NCBI RefSeq assembly: GCF_006345805.1
Contig: NW_021828702.1
Location: forward strand, 1 to 8,001
Source of the DNA: Octopus sinensis
Taxonomy: Eukaryota
DNA: 8,001 nt
Direction: 5' to 3'
Shown here piece by piece: positions 1 to 7,240 of the stretch. The number at the start of each line of letters is the position of its first letter. Within the stretch, counting starts at the first letter, position 1. The notes beneath the pieces were generated by a model, which was not told where the DNA came from, made no database searches, and saw only the letters and a list, made by a program, of their open reading frames with translations. Made by a program: the position numbers and the translations under genes.

Positions 1-638
1 CAACATGATTCAGGTGTAACGCTTGAAGTGCATTTCTGAATTTGAAACAGAGAAGATGCTGCGTATACGAGGCAACAAAGAAGCTTTGATTTGATGCATA
101 ATGTGCATTGCTGGATCTGCGGCTCATCAAGTGGAACTTATATGCAGCACAAACCGTGAATTAATGCAGGTGCAAAACACATGGTAATTCGCTAAATGTG
201 CAACATATAAAATGCAACACAACGTACATCAGATATTATATATGTGCAACAAATAATGCAAAACTAATACGCGGAGCAACAGATATTGTGAATTATTAAT
301 GAATGTGCAGTAGAGTAGGTGCATCAGAGAAGATGGATTACAGATGTTGCAGCGTTAAAGGTGCATCGCACAAAGTTTTATCACTTAAGTTGCAAGACAA
401 GGTGGAACCTATAATGCAAAACACAAAACTGCATTATTGAGTGAATACAACCCGAGGAGCTGTTTATTAAGTGAGATGCATAACATGGAGATCATAAAAT
501 GCATCAGATATGTGCAGCATTTTGCAGAGGCAATACACATGATTACGTACATAATGCAAAATAAAAATAACATCAAGTGGGTTTATATTACATGAATATA
601 TGCAACACGTAGAAAACAGTAAATAATATCGAAATAAC
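1..638. repeat. Degenerate TGCA-rich cryptic tandem repeat
   Basis: 24 TGCA tetramers by manual count in 1-655, versus roughly 2-3 expected. Longer words recur at ~275-bp offsets: CAGAGAAGATG 48/325, GTGGAAC 131/402, CATCAGATAT 227/502. ATAATGCAAAA occurs at 253, 411 and 551. Confidence 0.5.
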
Positions 639-818
639 TCTTTCTACTATATGCACAAGGATAGAAATTCCGGAGGCGGAAGCCAGTCGATTATATTGTC
701 TCCACTGCTCAACTGGCACTTATTTCATCAACGCCGAAAGAATGAAAGGAATTTGTACTAAGAACGTAAAATCGGAGGAAATGGCGTTCAGCAATTTTTC
801 CAGCGTGCTAACGATTCT
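639..818 (-). mobile_element. Old, diverged tRNA-derived SINE copy (same family as 6881-7112, different 3' tail), with an ~18-bp internal deletion
   Basis: 749-818 aligns to the reverse complement of the head of the 6881 element (GAATTTG.ACT..GAACG ... CGTGCTAACG.TTCT). 685-749 aligns to the body (AGTCGATTATAT...AACTGG.ACTTATTT...GAAAG.ATGAAAGG). 639-669 resembles the tail fragment starting at 816. Confidence 0.8.
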
Positions 819-888
819 TTTTTACTCTAGGCACAAGGTCCGAAATTCTTTTGGGGAGGGGGTGGAGCTGTCGATTAGATCGACTCCC
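816..888 (-). mobile_element. 3' fragment of a SINE, same tail subtype as 639-818
   Basis: TTTACTCTAGGCACAAGGTCCGAAATT...GTCGATTAGATCGAC parallels 641-690 TTTCTACTATATGCACAAGGATAGAAATT...GTCGATTATATTG. It carries the GTCGAT-NNN-ATCGAC palindrome of the family. Confidence 0.7.
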
Positions 889-903
889 TTTTTTTTATGC
901 TTA

Positions 904-1066
904 ATTTCTTTATTGCCCACAAGGCGCTAAACATAGAGGGAACAAACGAGGACAGACAGACGGATTAAATCGATTATATCGACCCCAGTGCGCAACTCGG
1001 ACTTGCTAAAGGCAAAGTCGACCTTGGCGGAATTTGAACTCAGAACGTAACGGCAGACGAAATACC
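904..1066 (-). mobile_element. Tandem SINE unit 1 (5'-truncated, net 20-bp internal deletion)
   Basis: Colinear with units 2 and 3. ATTTAATCGACCCCGAAAGGATG is replaced by GCT at ~1005-1007. The tail subtype is ATTGCCCAC/AAACATAGAG. Confidence 0.9.
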
Positions 1067-1250
1067 TATTTCTTTACTACCCACGAGGGGCTAAACACAG
1101 AGGTGACAAACAAGGACAGACAAACGGATTAAGTCGATTATATCGACCCAAGAGCGTAACTGGTACTTATTTAATCGACCCCGAAAGGATGAAAGGCAAA
1201 GTCGACCTCGGCGGAATTTGAACTCAGAACGTAACGTCAGACGAAATACC
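1067..1250 (-). mobile_element. Tandem SINE unit 2 (184 bp, 5'-truncated, B box retained)
   Basis: Reverse complement matches ~6930-7112. The B-box-like GAGTTCAAATTCC reads GGAATTTGAACTC at 1213-1225 on the + strand. The A-box head is absent. Confidence 0.93.
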
Positions 1251-1434
1251 TATTTCTTTACTACCCACAAGGGGCTACAGACAGAGAGGACAAACAAGGA
1301 CAGACAAACGGATTAAGTCGATTAGATTGATCGCAGTGCGAACTGGTACTTTATTTAATCGACCCCGAAAGGATGAAAGGCAAAGTCGAGATTGGCGGAA
1401 TTTGAATTCAGAACGTAACGACAGACGAAACACC
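1251..1434 (-). mobile_element. Tandem SINE unit 3 (184 bp, 5'-truncated)
   Basis: Direct repeat of 1067-1250 at a 184-bp period, with scattered substitutions and small indels. Confidence 0.93.
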
Positions 1435-1487
1435 TATTTCTTTACTACCCACAAGGGGCTAAACAAAGAGAGCACAAACAAGGACAG
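1435..1487 (-). mobile_element. Tandem SINE unit 4 (3' part only, interrupted by an inverted copy)
   Basis: TATTTCTTTACTACCCACAAGGGGCTAAAC...AAACAAGGACAG, ending abruptly at 1487. Confidence 0.88.
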
Positions 1488-1642
1488 TTCAAATTTTACC
1501 GAGGTCGACTTTGCCTTTCATCCTTTCGGGGTCGATAAATAAAGTACCATTTCGCACTGGGGTCGATGTAATCGACTTAATCCGTTTGTCTGTCCTTGTT
1601 TATCCCCTCTATGTTTAGCCCCTTGTGGGCAATAAAGAAATA
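1486..1642 (+). mobile_element. 5'-truncated SINE copy in the opposite orientation, starting inside the B box
   Basis: AGTTCAAATT..CCGAGGTCGACTTTGCCTTTCATCCTTTCGGGGTCGAT...GTGGGCAATAAAGAAATA matches 6956-7112. It shares the dinucleotide AG (1486-1487) with unit 4 at the junction. Confidence 0.92.
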
Positions 1643-1877
1643 AATATGTAGTTCACATGACAAATTGTAGCGTTGAAGGACAACTTATAAAGAGCAGATC
1701 CTTCCGTGTGGAAGACATGTGTTGCAAGGAATATAGCCTAACATATAATTGTACACATGAAAGGGGAATCAAAAAATATGCGCCATAGTTTTCAGGTTTA
1801 AGTAAAGATTTTATAAATTTTTTCTGTGAATTTGTACTGTTTTTTTGTTTTGTTATTCTTGGTGTCAAATCGCATTT

Positions 1878-2476
1878 GCTGCTGTTGGAGACGTTTCTGT
1901 TGATGTCGTTGTTATTGTAATTGTTGTTGTTATTGTTGCCAATGTTTATATGACGAATGTCAACGATGTGGCTAGTGGTGGTAGTGATGATGATGCTAAC
2001 GATGTAGCGGCTGTTCTGCTGCTGTTGATGGTGAAAATGATGATGATGATTATGATGAAGGTGACGACGACGATGATGATGATGTTAATGATGATGATGA
2101 TGACGATGATGATGACGATGATGACGATGACGATGATGATGGCGATTATGATGAAGATGACGATGACGATGATGGTGATTATGATGAAGATGGTGATGAC
2201 GACGATGATGATGTTGATGATGATGATGATGATGATGAAGTTGACGATGTTGATGATGATGTTAATGATGATGATGATGATGACGATGACGACGACGACG
2301 ATGATGATGATGATGATGGTGATTATGATGATGATGACGATGGTGATGATGATGATGAGGAGGATATGGAGGATGAAGATATAGCAAAAGAGGAGCAGCA
2401 TGATGATCATAACGTCGATTTTTGATGATGATAATCACGATCATATGTGTGCTGCTGCTGTTGCCGCTACTACTAT

Positions 2477-2508
<32 letters not shown>

Positions 2509-2589
2509 ATACTACTACAACGACTACTACCACTACTACTACCATTATTATTATTATTATTGTTATTGATAATAATAATAATAATAATG

Positions 2590-2643
<54 letters not shown>

Positions 2644-2825
2644 GAAACGAAGCTCGTGATGACGAGGACGAGGATTATGCAGATGTGAATGATAATGATT
2701 ATTATTATGACGACAAGGAAAACGATGATGCTGATGATGGTAATGATGGTAATGATGATGATGATGATGACGAGGAGGAGGAGGAGGATGTTGACGATGA
2801 TTGTGCTGAAGATGGTGACGGTACT
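1878..2825. repeat. Compound trinucleotide microsatellite: (GTT)-(GAT/GAC)n-(GCT)-(ACT)n-(ATT)n-(AAT)n-(GAT)-(GAG)
   Basis: Read directly: GAT/GAC ~2027-2380, ACT 2469-2543, ATT 2544-2567, AAT 2571-2642, GAT/GAG ~2658-2800. Confidence 0.97.
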
Positions 2826-2895
2826 GTTCCTGCTGGATTTTTGTCGGTATTGCTGGTATAGCTGTAATATTGTGATTTTATTTCAATTTCGACAG

Positions 2896-2930
2896 ATCGC
2901 ATGAACATAATTAATAGTGCAATGGCGAAG
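2896..2930 (+). CDS. Candidate 35-nt coding micro-exon, (x)RMNIINSAMAK; gene unknown
   Basis: Acceptor ATTTTATTTCAATTTCGACAG| and donor AAG|GTAAAT. Only one frame is open (phase 1 in, phase 0 out). It sits in a short non-repetitive island between two microsatellite blocks. Confidence 0.4.
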
Positions 2931-2969
2931 GTAAATCTTTAGAGAAACAAAGAAAAGAAAATTGTATGC

Positions 2970-3146
2970 TATCTATATATCTATATATATATATATATAT
3001 ATAATATATATATATGTTGTGTGGTGTGTGTGTGTACACGTGTGTGGGTGTTATATTTATACAATATATATATGTTGTATATGTAGGTATGTTTATCATA
3101 TATATATGTATTATATATGTTTATATATACAATTACATATGTGATG

Positions 3147-3188
<42 letters not shown>

Positions 3189-3415
3189 GTGGTGTGTGTG
3201 TGTTGTTGTACACCGTGTGTGGGTGTATATTTTATCATATATATATGTATGTATATTATGTATATATATATATATATATATATATTTATGTTTATATATA
3301 CAGATCAATAGTGATGTGTATGTGTATATATATATATATAATATATCATTATATATATGTGAGTGTCTGTATATATATAGTTATATATATATATGTATAA
3401 TATAATTATTATGCA
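2970..3415. repeat. (TA)n/(TG)n low-complexity block containing a ~170-bp degenerate tandem duplication
   Basis: Pure TA runs. Non-TA words repeat at a 168-174 bp offset: GTGGTGTGTG 3021/3189, GTACAC 3034/3208, TGTTTATATATAC 3118/3289, GTGATG 3141/3311. Confidence 0.9.
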
Positions 3416-3542
3416 TGCCTGTATGTATATGTGTATGAACAGACACACATAAAAATGCTTTGAATATTCAATAACGTAGGACTGTAAAGAGGAATATAAA
3501 ACAGGCAAAGTGTATAATCATAATTTTTTTTTTGAAAATGTG

Positions 3543-3611
<69 letters not shown>
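3543..3611. repeat. (AAT)n microsatellite
   Basis: Uninterrupted AAT run of about 23 units. Confidence 0.98.
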
Positions 3612-3730
3612 TTGATAAGAGCACCAATAAAAAGAAGTGTAATAATGATAGCTATAGTATTAACGGGAAATAAAATCAATATTTTATGGGAAATCAAACT
3701 ACAAAATATAAAGTGAATGGTGTAGCGTTT

Positions 3731-4112
3731 TCACACACACACATACACAATACACAAACACACATGCATATATACATATGTATATAGACACTTTCATACA
3801 TACATACATATATACATATATACATGTGCCAGTGTATATATATATATATGAATGTATATAGAGACATACCAATATGCATACGTATATAAACGCTTACAAA
3901 CGCCAACACAGCATCCAGAGGCATTATATTCATACATACATACATACATAGATACATATATATGTGTATATATATATCTATATATATATATAATATATAT
4001 ATATATATATGCATAGTGTGAAATTATGCGGATAGTATCGTGCGTAATATTTATATATGTATATATGTATGTATATACATATATTTATATATATATATAT
4101 ATACATATATAC
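3731..4112. repeat. (CA)/(TA)/(TACA) low-complexity block
   Basis: CACACA, (TACA)n and (TA)n runs with short interruptions. Confidence 0.9.
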
Positions 4113-4214
4113 ACTCCGTTTATTGTTGTTGTTGATGTTGCTGCTATTAGTATTTCAGCTTTGATATTGCTGTTGCTGTTCAGCGTGATTCCGAAGCATT
4201 TGCTATTTGCCATT

Positions 4215-4520
4215 CTCATTCCCTCCCTCCCTCCCTTTTCCGCACTCTTGTCTCTCTTTGTCTCTCTCTCTCTTTTCTCTGTGCCTCTCTATCAATTACC
4301 TCTCTTTCTCCTCATATGCCACTTCTCACTCTCAAGAGTTATCCTTTGCGCTTTACCTCCCACTCATTCTCATACACTGTTTGTCTTTTTCCTCTAACAG
4401 GTATTCGATATATATTTTTTTCCCTTCGTTTTACTTTGCTTTTAATTTTTAGCGGCCATTTTGTTTTTATTCTCCTTTAGTCGATGATGGCTGCCACTTT
4501 CTTTTCTTTTCTTTTCTTCG
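4215..4520. repeat. CT-rich polypyrimidine tract with (CT)n, (CCCT)n and (TTTTC)n
   Basis: Read directly; the + strand is strongly pyrimidine-rich. Confidence 0.8.
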
Positions 4521-4840
4521 CAAAAATACATTAGAGCGAAAATTAAGGGGTAGATAGTATGTTATTCGGTTAATGCATCGACTTTTATTTTATATTTAAA
4601 AAATAAATAAATGACAAAGGAAAAGAAAAACAACACAACAAGAATATGAAACAAATCCAAAATTAAGCGAAGAAAAACAATATATTGTCAGCAGGAGAGA
4701 GAAAACTATCTTTTTCTCTCACTTTATATATGGATGTGTGTAAATGTGATTCTGTGCGTTTGTGTGCATTTCAGAGTAAGAGGTAGAGGGCGTTTCTGTG
4801 TATGTGTATCAATGTCTATCTCGTTCAAACTCTCTCCAAC

Positions 4841-4921
4841 TGTCTCTCTCTCTCTCTCTCTATCCTTTTCCTCTTTTTCTTCTTCTCTTCTCTCTTTCTC
4901 TCTCTGGCTCTCATTCTCTCT
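4841..4921. repeat. (CT)n / CT-rich tract
   Basis: (TC)n at 4843-4860 followed by degenerate CTT/CT repeats. Confidence 0.9.
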
Positions 4922-4927
4922 GTCTTA

Positions 4928-5048
4928 CTATGTATGTATATATATGTGTGTGTGTTTATATGTATATGTGTACACACACATCCACGTAAATGTTCAGACT
5001 TACAATATAAGCGAATATACATGTATTTATGCATACATACATACATCA

Positions 5049-5099
<51 letters not shown>

Positions 5100-5479
5100 A
5101 ATATATATATATATAGATGTATATATATATACCTGCATATAGATATATATATAAACATATATAAATATTTATGTGTATATATATGTATATATATATTTAT
5201 ATGTATGTATATATATATATATATACATAGTCATACGCACATGCATGTATGCGTATATACATATATATTTGTGTTCACACCTATGTACTTATGTATATGT
5301 ATCTGTATACATCATATATTGGTATGTATAGATATATATATATGTTGTGTATGTATATGTGTGTGTTTGTGTATGTATCTGTATGTGTGTGTGTAAGCCC
5401 GCGTGTCTTCATCTATATATATATATATATATATCCATGTGTGTATACATATATATGCATTTATATGTATTTAATATAT

Positions 5480-5515
<36 letters not shown>

Positions 5516-5547
5516 TATATATATATATATATAATATATATATATAC

Positions 5548-5595
<48 letters not shown>
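4928..5595. repeat. Long (TA)n/(TG)n low-complexity block
   Basis: Multiple pure TA runs (e.g. ~5051-5092, ~5553-5592) separated by TATG/TACA variants. Confidence 0.95.
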
Positions 5596-5597
<2 letters not shown>

Positions 5598-5844
5598 CCA
5601 TCATTTATGGAAGCAATGCCGGTAATGTAATAACGGTGTTGTTATGCATATGTTTGAGAAGGCATTTACGATTATCGACAGTATCAATGAAAGAGCAGCA
5701 TGTAGAGAGTGAAGAAGATGGCGTCGGTTGTGAAGTGGGTAGGGCTTGTTACTGTGGTAGGAACAGAGGTACAGGTGGTTGGGAATTTTGTCGCAATTAA
5801 CAGCGTATGTGTTTTAAAAAGGGGCTCGTTTTTTTTTTATTTAT

Positions 5845-5886
5845 ATGCATGTGCATATACACCCTCAGTTATATACATATACACGC

Positions 5887-5920
<34 letters not shown>

Positions 5921-6042
5921 GCAAATGCATACATATGAACGTATATATGAATATAATGTGCATGTATAGACACACGCACACAAACTCACTCACACACAAA
6001 CACTCACACGTACACAACACACCACATAACTGATATATATAT

Positions 6043-6078
<36 letters not shown>

Positions 6079-6400
6079 TATATTAGATGTATACATATAT
6101 ATTTACAGACATATATTTGTATATATATATATATATATAGACATATATATATATGTATGTAATATATATATATATATGATATATTATATGTAGATGTATA
6201 CCTATATATTTTACGACATATATTTGTATTATATATATATCTATATATATATTATACATATATCTATATGTATTATGTATATATATATATTATATTGATG
6301 TATACATATTATTTACAGACATATATATTATATATATATATATATGTATACATATATATATTATATATAATGTATGTATATATATATGTGTGTATGTATG
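5845..6400. repeat. (TA)n/(CA)n block containing a three-copy ~105-bp higher-order repeat
   Basis: GATGTATAC...TTTAC(A)GACATATAT starts at 6086, 6193 and 6297. Confidence 0.9.
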
Positions 6401-6719
6401 TCCCTTTTGTTGCCTTTCTTCTGATTATGTAAAAAAAATATGAACTATATTTTAAAGCCTAAATGACTTACCTTAGATTCTCCAAGCAGTCGCTTTTCGG
6501 CATATAATTTTTATTTTAATACGGATACGTATCTACAATCATATTTTTCAAGTTGGTATTTAATGTGAAACATTTGGCGAGTGTTTATTAAAAAGCGCGA
6601 TTTTATGACATAATAAGAAATACCTTTCATTATGTATTATTCTATATAATCTCCAGTAATTTTTTTAACTGATATATAATATAGAAAAACATTAAGCCAT
6701 TTTGACAAAACTCTGTTAC

Positions 6720-6757
6720 CTTCAGCATGAGCTCAACTTCAAACAGCAATTCTTTTC
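6720..6757 (-). CDS. Candidate 38-nt coding micro-exon, (x)KELLFEVELMLK; gene unknown
   Basis: Minus strand: TTGACATTTGTTTATCAAACTGTCACATCGCAG|GAAAAG...CTGAAG|GTAACA. Only one frame is open (phase 1 in, phase 0 out). Confidence 0.3.
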
Positions 6758-6863
6758 CTGCGATGTGACAGTTTGATAAACAAATGTCAACTTGATACAA
6801 TACGTGATCGTTCGCACAAACATGTCAGTGAGTAAAGCATGTGTGTATAGATTCATCTTTGGG

Positions 6864-6879
6864 TACATTGAAGGAAACT
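6864..6879 (+). repeat. Left target-site duplication of the 6881 SINE
   Basis: TACATTGAAGGAAACT versus TATATTGAAGGAACCT at 7113-7128 (14/16 identical). Confidence 0.85.
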
Positions 6880-6880
6880 A

Positions 6881-7112
6881 AGGCGGCGAGCTGGCAGAAA
6901 CGTTAGCACGCCGGGGCGAAATGCGTAGCCGTATTTCGTCTGTCGTTGCGTTCCGAGTTCAAATTCCGCCGACGTCGACTTTGCCTATCTTCCTTTCGGG
7001 GTCGTTAAATTAAGTACTAGTTACGCACCGGGTCGATATAATCGACTTAATCCGTTTGTCTGTCCTTGTTTGTCCCCTCTCTGTTTAGCCCCTTGTGTGC
7101 AGTAAAGAAATA
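6881..7112 (+). mobile_element. Full-length tRNA-derived SINE (abundant Octopus-type family) with TSD
   Basis: GGCGGCGAGCTGGCAGAAACG head, A-box-like TGGCAGAAACG (6892-6902), B box GAGTTCAAATTCC (6955-6967), A-rich end GTAAAGAAATA, and flanking TSD. Homologous to seven fragments at 639-1642. The family name is not assigned (Octopus OK/OR1/OR2 SINEs are described in the literature). Confidence 0.93.
6955..6967 (+). promoter_or_regulatory. RNA polymerase III B box within the SINE
   Basis: GAGTTCAAATTCC fits the GWTCRANNC consensus. Confidence 0.75.
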
Positions 7113-7128
7113 TATATTGAAGGAACCT
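7113..7128 (+). repeat. Right target-site duplication of the 6881 SINE
   Basis: TATATTGAAGGAACCT matches 6864-6879 with 2 mismatches. Confidence 0.85.
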
Positions 7129-7129
7129 G

Positions 7130-7158
7130 TGTGTGTTTATATATATAGCATAATTTGC

Positions 7159-7189
<31 letters not shown>

Positions 7190-7196
7190 ATGGTGT

Positions 7197-7236
<40 letters not shown>
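7130..7236. repeat. (TA)n/(TG)n/(CA)n spacer between two SINEs
   Basis: Read directly. Confidence 0.9.
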
Positions 7237-7240
7237 TGAT

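Noticed and set aside
904-1487. CRISPR-like interpretation of the regular array with palindromic junctions
   Set aside because: The entire 184-bp unit is repeated, there are no unique spacers or cas genes, and the context is eukaryotic.
742-1542. ORFs 742-930 and 1327-1542
   Set aside because: They lie almost wholly within SINE fragments; these SINEs are non-coding.
1845-2908. Poly-Met, poly-Ile, poly-His, poly-Thr/Asn and poly-Ser ORFs in the ORF track
   Set aside because: They are alternative readings of one trinucleotide microsatellite on both strands, with no domain content or credible start context.
4453-4562. Possible + strand exon after the long polypyrimidine tract (AG at 4451-4452 or 4479-4480; donor GTATGT at 4557)
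   Set aside because: The interval contains a (TTTTC)n repeat, two frames have stops, and the acceptors are expected by chance in a CT-rich tract.
5596-5830. More complex purine-rich stretch reading ...SMKEQHVESEEDGVGCEVGR...
   Set aside because: It looks like a decayed GRT/GTT triplet repeat with weak splice signals and no recognisable peptide.
2911-6033. Numerous YI/CV-rich ORFs (e.g. 4734-5396, 5249-5800, 3014-3400)
   Set aside because: Translations of (TA)n/(TG)n/(CT)n/(AAT)n tracts, which lack stops in some frames by construction.
6726-6827. Possible 102-nt + strand exon (CCTTCAG| ... CA|GTGAGT)
   Set aside because: All three frames contain stops; it could only be a non-coding exon, for which there is no evidence.
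6881-6970. tRNA gene at the SINE heads (also 7555-7622)
   Set aside because: A/B boxes are present but I could not build a complete cloverleaf with an acceptor stem, and the heads continue into multi-copy SINE bodies.
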